A DNA stretch of 64,000 bases from contig CM000434.1 in the NCBI GenBank assembly GCA_000165345.1, positions 32,001 through 96,000 on the forward strand, in the 5' to 3' direction. Position 1 is the stretch's first letter, and each line of letters starts with the position of its first letter. Position numbers and translations under genes: made by a program. Shown here piece by piece: positions 10,328 through 20,447 of the stretch. Under the pieces are notes generated by a model. The model worked only from the letters and a program-made list of their open reading frames with translations. It was not told where the DNA came from and ran no database searches.

Positions 10328-12400
10328 ATGTCGGATATTTCGTGTATATTATATTCTGGAATTTATGAGGTACTGGTAGAATACTTAGATTATGAAGATG
10401 TTTATGAGTTAGCACTTTTAAGTGTGGAGTGGGGTAATTACTTAGGAGGTACTTTTATAAGATACTGGAAAAGAGCTTCAACTCATATTTTTGGACTCAG
10501 ATTTGACTTAATTCGAGTTTTGACTGATAAAATGTTTATGGATACCAAAGACAAAGAGTTTGAGAATATCATTCATTCACGAAATATAAAAAGTTGGTTT
10601 GAATATTTCGAGTTTTTGACTACTTCTGAGCTTAGAACATTATTAATTAATCAAAAAAAAATGAATAAAGTTCTACATGATCTGCTAGTTAAGCTAAAGG
10701 TTGAGTTAAATCCTACTAATTCTTATTTTTCAATCCAGAACTCATCCAATTTCGAAGGAAATATTGGCTTTAACAAATTCATTCAAGATTATACTAGGAA
10801 TATTTCTGAAGCTTTGACATATCCTTTCAGGCCTATAAATAAGCAAAATTCTAAAGATCATATTAATAGTAAGGATACAAATTCTACAGAGTTCACAAGT
10901 TTTAATAGAATTGAGTTAGATTTCGGAGGATTAGGCAAGGGGTATTTATGGGATATGGAAATTACTTCAATAACATCTCAAAATATCATCTTAAAATCAG
11001 AATTTCAGATAGAAGATATACCTTATTGGGATATAGGCCAATTAATGATAGAATATATTGCAGTTTGGGGAATAATCAATGAAGATGATCATTTATTATT
11101 ATATCATCATAAAAATCCATTTCATAAAACTGATGATAGAATTCACCAAAATTCCAATAATTATCAGACTTTAATACTTGAACATGGTACCAAGATTTCA
11201 AATCTAAATGGAATTAATTACTTCCTATCCAGTTTGAGTAGTTTTGCTGGAATTGAAATGAGTATTAATGAACAATTGTCTAGAATTACTATTTATATTA
11301 CTTTACAAGTAGTGTTCATCTTAGAAAATCTCAAGAATCACTTTTCATCAAATACAAAAAGTTTCTTATATTCAAATAAGCAAACAAAGAGTATTCAGGA
11401 CTCGGAGAGATGTAATATTATTGATAATTTTCAATTCAAAGAAAACATTCATACATGTAGTAATACTGTTGAATATATAGAAGAAAATTATATGCATTTA
11501 GAAGATTATCATTTATCAACAGAAAAATATAATTCAAAAGAAGATTCAGACTTTAATTTGCTTGATATTGAGTGTGAATATGATAATATATCAACTCAAG
11601 AATCATTGTTTCTCTCTGAAGATGAATTTGATCCTTTCGAAGGCAATCTTACATTATTACCATCATCATCAGTATCATCCTATAAAGATCATCTTGAATC
11701 AAATCCATCAATAGAGAAACAAACAAAATATTGGGTACCTTCATTTCTAAGTTTTAAACCAAAATTTATGTATTCGATACCTTTTAAATGCAACGAAAAT
11801 AAATATTCTAGATCATATTATAATATTGAGCTACAATTAATGGATACAAGAGCAAGTATTCCTTTATATTTATATGGAGATTTGGAACCATTTATTGAAA
11901 GTAAAAGCATGGACTTTGTTGAATTAAGAGTATATTTTGGACGAAATTATCCAAATTCTAGTTTTATCAAAACAAATTGTTTATATCAAGCAGGAATTTC
12001 TGTTATAGACAAAACTAATGGCGAAATAGTATTTAGTTTAGTTTTCCCAAAATCCAAATCATTTTATGATAGAAGAGTAGTTTCTTCAAAATCTAAGCGA
12101 TTATTGAAATTATGTTCATATTCTAGAGTATATAGTACTCAAGTTCCAGTTGTGGATCCTCCTTCACAATTAACTAATATGCCAGAATCAGTATTTAGTA
12201 AGCTTGAAATACTTATCCATCCTCAGAAGAGTACTGTAGGTAAAGTTTCAGAACTTAGTATATCTTTGAATGTTAAAGAATGTTTAGCTTTATTTCCTAT
12301 TAAAAAGTTTAAAAGGTTTCTCAGATTACAAGGATTTCAATCTCAGGATCAGTATAAAAGAAAGATTAATTCTCCAATAAAAAATATTCACAAGTACTAA
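10328..12400 (+). CDS. Hypothetical protein with an N-terminal F-box-like motif.
   Basis: ATG at 10328. The N-terminus MSDISCILYSGIYEVLVEYLDYEDVYELALLSVEW fits the F-box pattern (LxxEIxxxIxxYLDxxDLxxLxxVxKxW). The remaining about 650 aa are unassigned. Confidence 0.45.
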   Translation: MSDISCILYSGIYEVLVEYLDYEDVYELALLSVEWGNYLGGTFIRYWKRASTHIFGLRFDLIRVLTDKMFMDTKDKEFENIIHSRNIKSWFEYFEFLTTSELRTLLINQKKMNKVLHDLLVKLKVELNPTNSYFSIQNSSNFEGNIGFNKFIQDYTRNISEALTYPFRPINKQNSKDHINSKDTNSTEFTSFNRIELDFGGLGKGYLWDMEITSITSQNIILKSEFQIEDIPYWDIGQLMIEYIAVWGIINEDDHLLLYHHKNPFHKTDDRIHQNSNNYQTLILEHGTKISNLNGINYFLSSLSSFAGIEMSINEQLSRITIYITLQVVFILENLKNHFSSNTKSFLYSNKQTKSIQDSERCNIIDNFQFKENIHTCSNTVEYIEENYMHLEDYHLSTEKYNSKEDSDFNLLDIECEYDNISTQESLFLSEDEFDPFEGNLTLLPSSSVSSYKDHLESNPSIEKQTKYWVPSFLSFKPKFMYSIPFKCNENKYSRSYYNIELQLMDTRASIPLYLYGDLEPFIESKSMDFVELRVYFGRNYPNSSFIKTNCLYQAGISVIDKTNGEIVFSLVFPKSKSFYDRRVVSSKSKRLLKLCSYSRVYSTQVPVVDPPSQLTNMPESVFSKLEILIHPQKSTVGKVSELSISLNVKECLALFPIKKFKRFLRLQGFQSQDQYKRKINSPIKNIHKY

Positions 12401-12542
12401 TTATATTAGGGAATATAGCAAATTTAGTTTTGATTCTATATTATAAATATCATATATATATATATATATATATATATTGGTTGTGAAAGTAGTATTTAAG
12501 TTATATCTATATCATCTTTCAAATAGATCTTTTTGTATATTT

Positions 12543-13486
12543 TCAAGTTTCATTTGGCTTTTTTTTAGTGTTTAATTCATTAATAAATTCATCTACTTCT
12601 CTAAAAGCTGGTTCGTTGAATTTATCGTCATCGTTATTATTAATAAAAGGTTCAGGAATGTAATTATTTGGGAATTTATGAATACAGTTATTAAGAAATA
12701 ATCCTCCACAATTGAATGCAAGGATAATGTAAATACTCAATATAAACGTTCCTGCTAAAAATAACATTATAATTCTCTTAATAGGAAGCCATTCAGCACT
12801 TTGTTGTAATCTATAAGACTGTCTTCTGAATGTATTGGATTCCATTGTCAAGTTTTTTGCTTGAGAAACCAGTAAATCTAACTTTTCACCTCTTTCCAAT
12901 AGAATATCTATATTTTCAATCAGAACATTTTGAATTGTGGAAATTTGGTTTGCTAACATATCATATTCTGTATTTTCTGGACAATTCCAATAAATCTAAG
13001 TTATATTTAAATAATAATTTGTAATTTCATATATTATTAATGTTACTTACCATTCTTTCTTTGATTATTGGAGCAACAACCCCATTTAATATTAAAGTTA
13101 TTGGATTTGTAAGCATTTCAACAAACGGTAAAGTCTTTGATCTAATATCTAATAAATATTCATAAGGTATAGTTAGACCAAAAGATCTATCTGTCATTGC
13201 CATATATATAACTCCTGGCTCATAAATTAAGAAGTGAAAGCAATATATATCATATGTATAAGATTGTTTATTTAAGCTTTTATTTATTTTTTTCAAGAGA
13301 AATCTTGCAATTGATGGAAAATTTCCTGTGTTTTCTGTATATTCTGCCAATACCACATTATCTGAATACGTAATTAATTTGAATTAATTATATTTTTAAA
13401 AAAATAATAAATTTAGTTCAAAATTGACTTTCAAGCTTATTTGACCTTAACGTACCTTTAGCTACAAGACTGTAAATAATTGACAT
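12543..13486 (-). CDS. Longin-domain R-SNARE (VAMP7-like). It has 3 exons: complement(13456..13486, 13051..13361, 12543..12995).
   Basis: Exon 1 is a 31-nt micro-exon (ATG TCA ATT ATT TAC AGT CTT GTA GCT AAA G | GTACGT) encoding MSIIYSLVAK. Exon 2 encodes the longin domain (YTYDIYCFHFLIYEPGVIYMAMTDRSFGLTIPYEYLLDIRSKTL), donor ATG|GTAAGT. Exon 3 encodes the SNARE motif (NIDILLERGEKLDLLVSQAKNLTMESNTFRRQS) and a TM helix ending ...AFNCGG, like the VAMP7 ...PLCGG. Confidence 0.8.
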
Positions 13487-14051
13487 TTTTTACATAATAA
13501 ACAAAATGAGAAAAAAACTAATTTATATATTCAAAAGGTTCAAAATTTTTTTTCAATATATTTCATTATTAAATTGTCAAATTAATTAAATATTAAATCG
13601 AGTGATGGCTCGTCAGCGTTGAATTTTTTTTTTTTTTTAATTAAAATATAATAAATCAATGCATAAATAAAATGAGTAATAATTATTTAATTAATTTAAT
13701 TTTGTTTTAATTAGTAATCAAAACAAGTTTATTAAATATTTTCAAACATAATTCAAAGTAAAAAGGTAGCACTGCATTTAATATAAAAGATATATTTAAT
13801 TTATTAGGTACTTGGCATTATTCAAGCCTAATTCATTGAATTGATGCCATGTACAGTAAGGACAAATAGTCAATGCTTTAAACTGAAATAGCTACAAAAG
13901 AAATATTTACATGATATATTTTTTGCGATAATTTAACACAATTTTTTCTTGTTTGAATTGTGAAATAGTTTAGATTTAACACTTTGTCATATGGGTCATT
14001 TCCACACAGTGCCCCGCCTAAACACTTGAGAAATAATAAATATGGAGGAAA

Positions 14052-15068
14052 TTAAAATTCGAATTCGCCAATTAAAGTATCAAAGGGGATTTCTTGATTT
14101 GCAATTTGAGCGATTCCATTTCTCAGTTTGACTCTCCATTTTCCTTTTTGGTTTTTTTTTCTGGTATATGGTCTGATAACTTTTTCAAAATGTCCAATAA
14201 TGACGTCACTGCATTCAGGTTCTTCATCGTCTAAGTCAGATACATTCTCAAGATCTGATCCAGGGTCAGATAAAATTTCTTCATCAAAATGATCATTGTT
14301 TCCACTGATCTGACCATTTGTTGTACTATTTTGGTTGTTTGACTTTGATTTATTTTGTTCCTGAAAATTATCTGTTAGGTTATCTTTAGTACTTTCGCTT
14401 TCGCTTGGTGCAACTACATCCCAAGATGCGTCTCCAAACTCATCATCCTCGAATTCATCATTATTATTATTTTCATTTCCATTAGAGTTTTGACATTTTT
14501 CAGTATTGAATTGTTCACAAGTTGTATTTTGTTTTTCTTCTAAAAAAGCATTTCTTTCTTTACCTTCTTCTTCTTCCTTTTCTATGTCTTTTTCATCTTC
14601 ATTTCCAACATATTTTGAATCTGAATCATCTAACTTTGATTTCTTAGAAACCATCTTACAAAAATCATATTCAATATTTAACTCGTTAACATTTCTCATT
14701 TCTTTAGAAGATATTATTGGAGTTGGAATACTTTGAAGTGATCCCTCACTAAATCTTTTATTATTAATTCGATTGTCACAAACTATGATTTCATTACTGT
14801 TAAACTCGCTAATACTATCATTATGATGATTATTAATATTGCCATAATTAATATTATTACTAATTTCACTAATATCGGATTTTTTCGGAACTGATTCAAT
14901 TTTAACAGGTAAAACCCCATCCAATTTAGGAGCAATAACTTCCATCTCTGTCGGTACCCATTCTTGATTACGATCAGATTTCTCATCTTTTGTTACACCC
15001 AAACACAAATCATTTAACTTTGAAATCCACCTGAGTTTTAATTGTTCAAGCATCTCAGGGGTTTGCAA
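14052..15068 (-). CDS. Hypothetical acidic, Asn-rich protein.
   Basis: 338-aa ORF. The middle is a low-complexity N/E/D/S tract (NSNGNENNNNDEFEDDEF...). No recognisable domain. Confidence 0.45.
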   Translation of the reverse strand: MQTPEMLEQLKLRWISKLNDLCLGVTKDEKSDRNQEWVPTEMEVIAPKLDGVLPVKIESVPKKSDISEISNNINYGNINNHHNDSISEFNSNEIIVCDNRINNKRFSEGSLQSIPTPIISSKEMRNVNELNIEYDFCKMVSKKSKLDDSDSKYVGNEDEKDIEKEEEEGKERNAFLEEKQNTTCEQFNTEKCQNSNGNENNNNDEFEDDEFGDASWDVVAPSESESTKDNLTDNFQEQNKSKSNNQNSTTNGQISGNNDHFDEEILSDPGSDLENVSDLDDEEPECSDVIIGHFEKVIRPYTRKKNQKGKWRVKLRNGIAQIANQEIPFDTLIGEFEF

Positions 15069-15490
15069 TCCTCTTGATTTCTCAATTGTGCCTATTTAAT
15101 AGAAAAAAAAAAAAATTGCGAATTATTAATATAATTACATTATTCAAAATAAAATCAATTCAGTTTATATCAACTTACGGTCAATTATCTTTAAATATAT
15201 ATTTAAAGAGTCTACGGAACTCATTCTGCTTTCCCTTATTTCTTACTATTCCCCTATTTTCCTTTTTCAATATTGTTTGTTTCTATTCACACAACAAAAT
15301 TATTTGTAAGCTTATTAATTATCCTTTTTTTTACAATAGTGTATTCACTTCTACCCTAAATATAATTCAATATTCCATTCCCTTCCTTCCAACTCCCAGC
15401 CCTCTTTAATTTCCGTTAAATTAAAAAAAAATTAAAAACTTAATAATACACGTAATTATTTAATATAATTACTAAGAAAATAATATTTCA

Positions 15491-15504
15491 TTTGGCGCCA
15501 AAAC
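15491..15504. promoter_or_regulatory. Candidate E2F-type site TTTGGCGCCAAAAC.
   Basis: A palindromic GGCGCC core with T/A flanks matches TTTSGCGCSAAA. It lies in an AT-rich intergenic region about 430 bp upstream of the minus-strand gene at 14052-15068. Confidence 0.3.
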
Positions 15505-16414
15505 AAACTCCATTAAATTCTATAAATTAATCACATTTAAAAACTAGAGAAAATATTGAATTTGAAGTAAAATCAGCCTAAACTGCTTTGTAGAAAATTT
15601 TATAGGAAATAAAGATGATATGAAGGTTGCTATTATTATTACTATTATAATCATTGCTACTGTTTCTAAAAAAAAATTTTAAAAAACATCTTTTCTTCAA
15701 TTTTACTAAACTTGTATCATTTCTTAATCTTAAACTTCATTGAATTATTTATTATTCAAATTCTTATCATCAAATTTGAGTTTATAAATTCATTATTTAG
15801 AAATTACTTCTAAAAAACAAGTTCCCAAAATTTGCACTTTTGCACTTTTTTAAATTAGCCCCCACTGCCCCCCACTATAATTGACTGGTAGGCTTACCAC
15901 ACAAATAATTTGGCATGCAATATTAAATATTTATAATAGTTAAACTTAGAATATGAAAATATAACCATTTCTGAGAATTTTATAAATATCATTAATAGAA
16001 AGAAAATTTTGAATTATTTTAATAAATTCAAGTATTATTTAAATAATAAAAAAACATACATTTACCTTATTTTATATTAAATTTAAGTTCAGTTGAGTTA
16101 ATTGGAATTGAAATCATTAATTAATATCAAGCAATAAAAAATAATAAGAGCTCATCTTTATTTCTTGGAGCTAATACTATAAATACTGAATATTAAAATT
16201 ATTAAATAGGTATTTTGTTTTACATTAAAGTCTGATAATATATATAAATATTATATTATAAATATATTTATATTATATATAATATATTCCCAGTAGATTC
16301 TAAAATTCAATTAATAAAGATAAACATTTCCAACCTTAATTTAAAACCAACCCCTTTATTAATATAAATATTATTATGTAAACACATCATTTATATTAAT
16401 TGAAATCAATAAAA

Positions 16415-18244
16415 ATGAACTTTGAAAAATCTTCGAACTCATTAGAAACTATCAACTACAATACTGAAGAAATCAATAATTCCAATTCATATAGTCAAAG
16501 TTGTAATACTATAGCAGAAGAACAGTTGGCAATTTTAGATTCAAATCTCTCAAAATATTCGGATATATTTAAAATCCAATCAAAAAGTGTTTCTCAATCA
16601 GAAAGTGAACATGAAGATATCTTCCAAAAATTCACAAATGATGAAAAAAATAAAAAGTTTCTTGAAATTAAAGTTTGGGAAGAAACTAGAATTGAAAAAT
16701 ACCAACATTTTATTAGTGCTATTGATCCAATTTTTACTGAACTTTCAAATTCTATCTCTCAAGCAATGCAAACTAATAAAGATTTGGCTACAATTCTACA
16801 ACAAAAAACCAAGTACTGGAATAGTTACTCAAAGAATCTGGAACTAATTTCTCAATATGGATCAAAAAATGGACATAGTAATACTCATATTCATAGTTCA
16901 AGTAATCCATGTCCATCTTGCTCTTCTTCTGCAAAGTCTTGCTCTTGCTCGTGTCCATTAGTTACTTTTTCATCATCAAATAGCTTCCTAATACAATTAA
17001 AATCAGGAGAACTAAAGAACCAATATAATCAAGATGAAACTAATAATGAGAGTTTACATGAAATTATTATGAACCAGGAACTTAAAGATTCGAATAATAA
17101 TAATAATAATAATAATAATAGTAATAATAATGAGTATTCAATTTCAAGTAATTTACTGAGTTCTATTTCAAGTCAGAAAGTCTGGCCAAATTTACTTGTA
17201 AACTTTGGAAGATACGAATCAACTTTTCTTAAAAAACTTTGTCAAAGTATTGAAACTGATGTAGTAAATGGACATCTTTCATGGATATCTAAAAGATATC
17301 TAAATAATGCTCAATCATACTTAAAGGCATTACGTATTGCCAGAAAAGAATTTGAAACATTTATTAATAATGCACAACAATCTTGGAATAAATATGATGA
17401 CGCATTTAAAAAATCACAAAGACTTAGTTTAGATGTAAATTATTCAATGAAAAATAGTAAACCATGTGATACTTGGTATTTTGATCAAATCTATAGACAT
17501 AATATTAATAAGTTTATTCAAGCCCAAACAAAATTTTTTGAAACAATACTATTAACTATTGATAATCTGATGGAGCTTGAAAATTGGAGAGCAACTTCTG
17601 TTAAACTTACATTTAATTACTTCTTGGTTAAACAAAATGAACTTTTTGAATTTCTTCAAAAACTTGGAAACTCTATGATTGATTATATCAATGATCAAAA
17701 CAAACAAAACTCTTTATTTCAAGACCACTATGCAAACTTTGATATTATTACTTCAATTCCTGGTCTAAGACCACCCCCAATACCTATTTCTAATGAAGCA
17801 AATTTCTCAAAAATTTCTCAATCGCTCTCAAAATGTCCTATTTTACAACAAATTTCAACTCTAATGAATTATAATAATCTTCCAAAATCTTCACTAATTA
17901 TTTATCACGGGCATGTTGAAATTTTTAAAAGAAAGATCTTCCTTGGGCAATGGCAATCTGCTTATATAATACTCACAAAAGATAAATTCCTTTATCTTCT
18001 TAATCCAAGAGATGATATTGAAATGGAGGAGCTTCTAAAGCATGATGAAAAACCTATCTGGTCTTTTTTTATTGGATCTCAAGATATATCTATAGAACTT
18101 AATGAAAAGAGAGGAAAAAGATGCCTTAGTATTAGATTTAAAAAACAGAAATTCTTCACCAAGAAAATGACCATTAGATGTTCAAATGAAGAAGAGTGTA
18201 GTAAATGGATGAATTATCTTAATTCGGTAATCCCTCCATATTAA
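16415..18244 (+). CDS. Hypothetical protein with a C-terminal PH-like domain, a possible BAR-like N-terminal region, and a poly-Asn insert.
   Basis: The C-terminus LIIYHGHVEIFKRKIFLGQWQSAYIILTKDKFLYLL...KRCLSIRFKKQKFFTKKMTIRCSNEEECSKWMNYLNSV fits a PH fold, including the terminal W. There is an N12 run in the middle. Confidence 0.5.
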   Translation: MNFEKSSNSLETINYNTEEINNSNSYSQSCNTIAEEQLAILDSNLSKYSDIFKIQSKSVSQSESEHEDIFQKFTNDEKNKKFLEIKVWEETRIEKYQHFISAIDPIFTELSNSISQAMQTNKDLATILQQKTKYWNSYSKNLELISQYGSKNGHSNTHIHSSSNPCPSCSSSAKSCSCSCPLVTFSSSNSFLIQLKSGELKNQYNQDETNNESLHEIIMNQELKDSNNNNNNNNNSNNNEYSISSNLLSSISSQKVWPNLLVNFGRYESTFLKKLCQSIETDVVNGHLSWISKRYLNNAQSYLKALRIARKEFETFINNAQQSWNKYDDAFKKSQRLSLDVNYSMKNSKPCDTWYFDQIYRHNINKFIQAQTKFFETILLTIDNLMELENWRATSVKLTFNYFLVKQNELFEFLQKLGNSMIDYINDQNKQNSLFQDHYANFDIITSIPGLRPPPIPISNEANFSKISQSLSKCPILQQISTLMNYNNLPKSSLIIYHGHVEIFKRKIFLGQWQSAYIILTKDKFLYLLNPRDDIEMEELLKHDEKPIWSFFIGSQDISIELNEKRGKRCLSIRFKKQKFFTKKMTIRCSNEEECSKWMNYLNSVIPPY

Positions 18245-18473
18245 TTCATACTTTTGAGATTTGTATCAAGAATTTGAAGTAGTAAAAATAATAACATCAA
18301 CATTAAATTATTATCAAAGTTGAAATAAACTGAATAAATACATAAATTAATACATTTATATATATTTATATATCTCATCTCATTTAGAATAAGATATATT
18401 ATAATCTCATTTACTAGATATATCTATCTATATCTGAAATTTCTTTGATAACATTAATAATTGTTTAAAATTC

Positions 18474-19847
18474 TTAATGATGATGATGACGTCCACCAGT
18501 TATTGTAGTTTGAATAATTTCTTGTTGTTGTGAAGCCATTGTTGGTTGTACAACAACATTTCTTATGCAAGTACCATTAGCGTTAAGAGTTGTTCCAGAT
18601 GGGCAATTCAATGTTGATGGAACGATTGATTTACATAATCCTTTATCACCATCAGTATATCCAACTGGACATCCTAATTCACCAGGAACAGTTTGGGTAT
18701 CAAAGCATTTCTTTCTTGGGACTTCCTGAATAACTGGAATTGGTTGTACATATGTTTGTTGAACATATGTTTGAATTGGATAGTATGCATTATGATGATG
18801 ATGATGTGAAACACCTCTCTTTCCTAATCTTCTAGTAATAATTCCAGCTGGCTGATTGAAATTCTGAGATCCTTGTTCATATACATATTGGCTTCCATAA
18901 CCAAGACTCTTAACAGATTGTTGTGGTGAGTTTCTGAGTGAATAGTATTTACCATCATAGAATTCATTTGTTGGCTTTGGGGTTGGGTTTGGACATTCCA
19001 ATTCTGCTGGAACTGTAATAACTTCAACACACTCTCCATTTGCGACCATTGAGCCATTAGCACATCCTAAAGTTGGTTCAGTTGTTGATGTATATAAACA
19101 TCCAAATCCTGTCAAACTTTTTACTGCTCCTTCTGGGCATATCATTTGTGCTGGAACTGACTCACTTCTTGAGCATGTTCTTGAAACAACAGCCTGTGGA
19201 ACAACATAGCTTGTTTGATGATGATGATGTCCATGTCCATGTCCATGATGTGAAGTTGTTGTATATCTAACTGCAGTTGCAGCTGGAGTGCAATCATATA
19301 AAACTTCTCTTACACATCTTTCATTACTAACTAAAGTGAAATCAGGTGATGGACAGGTACTAATTGGGGATACACTCTTTTGTAAGATACATTCATTTTG
19401 CATTTCATTTAAAACTCCTTGCATACATTTCTTGATTGGTGCAACAGTCTTTGAGCCACTGCACATTTGACCGTCAGTTAAAGTAAATCCTGATGGGCAT
19501 ACAGCAACTGGGTCGATCTCAACATTCTTTTGACACATATTTTCACCTACCAATGTATATTCCACTGGACATTTCATGATTGGGTTTGTTGTCTTCATAC
19601 AATTAAAATCGCTCATTAATTCTCCTCCATTCAAGCAGACTCTTTCTGGCATTATCTCCTCTCTAGCAACGCATTGTCTATTTGAATCCAAAGTATATCC
19701 TGTTGGACACACCATTGTTGGAACGTTGACTACGGAGACTGTTGAAACTGCTTGTTGTTGATGATGATGATGATGATCTCCAGCATAACAACTTAGTGGC
19801 AACATTGCCATCATAATAATTGTATTTATCTTTCTTAACGATATCAT
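18474..19847 (-). CDS. Secreted Cys-repeat protein with four His runs and about 13 copies of C-P-x-G-[YF]-T-L-x(5-7)-C.
   Basis: ATG at 19847. The signal peptide is MISLRKINTIIMMAMLPLSCYA. His runs are GDHHHHHQQQ after the signal, SHHGHGHGHHHHQ and VSHHHHHN internally, and a GGRHHHH C-terminus. Repeats include CPTGYTLDSNRQC, CPVEYTLVGENMC, CPSGFTLTDGQMC, CPVGYTDGDKGLC and CPSGTTLNANGTC. Confidence 0.8.
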   Translation of the reverse strand: MISLRKINTIIMMAMLPLSCYAGDHHHHHQQQAVSTVSVVNVPTMVCPTGYTLDSNRQCVAREEIMPERVCLNGGELMSDFNCMKTTNPIMKCPVEYTLVGENMCQKNVEIDPVAVCPSGFTLTDGQMCSGSKTVAPIKKCMQGVLNEMQNECILQKSVSPISTCPSPDFTLVSNERCVREVLYDCTPAATAVRYTTTSHHGHGHGHHHHQTSYVVPQAVVSRTCSRSESVPAQMICPEGAVKSLTGFGCLYTSTTEPTLGCANGSMVANGECVEVITVPAELECPNPTPKPTNEFYDGKYYSLRNSPQQSVKSLGYGSQYVYEQGSQNFNQPAGIITRRLGKRGVSHHHHHNAYYPIQTYVQQTYVQPIPVIQEVPRKKCFDTQTVPGELGCPVGYTDGDKGLCKSIVPSTLNCPSGTTLNANGTCIRNVVVQPTMASQQQEIIQTTITGGRHHHH

Positions 19848-20130
19848 TTTTCTTTTAAACAAAAATTTTAAAAAAATTTTTCTTTATTGTGAATTCTTTC
19901 TTTATAACTAGATTTTATTAACAAATTAATTTAATTAAGACTGTTTAATACTAGTCAAAATTAAATTTATTTTAAAAATTAAATAAAAAAAAATTATTTT
20001 TATTTTTTTATTATTGTTATTTTATTTATTTAAGAAAATAATCAATAATAAAAAAAGTGACATAAATTTGTTTTATAACTACCATGTATCTGGTGTACTT
20101 CCTCTTATGACTAATTTCACATCATTTTTA

Positions 20131-20234
20131 TCCACATGAATGCATGCATGTAACGTGCACATCAAAATTTGCATACCGGTATTATGTTTTTTTTTGTTTA
20201 ATATTACTAATAATTACTAATTTGTCCACATGAA
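20131..20234. promoter_or_regulatory. Composite motif cluster: TCCACATGAA...CATGCATG...ACGTG...ATACCGGT plus a second TCCACATGAA.
   Basis: TCCACATGAA at 20131-20140 and 20225-20234, and ATACCGGT at 20173-20180. The cluster is about 280-390 bp upstream of the His/Cys gene start at 19847. The same bipartite motif recurs at four other loci. Confidence 0.4.
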
Positions 20235-20447
20235 TATTAATTATTATTGTTATTTAAATTAATAGTTACTAATATGAAATAATATACAAATGACGAATAA
20301 AAATTAATAGTAAAATTTGTAATTATTAGTAATGAATTAGTAATTATAATTAATTAAAAATAAAAAAAAAAAAAATACAAATTGAAATTTAAAGAGGAAA
20401 ATAAATACTGATAATGAGATTATATATATATCAATACAAATTTATTT

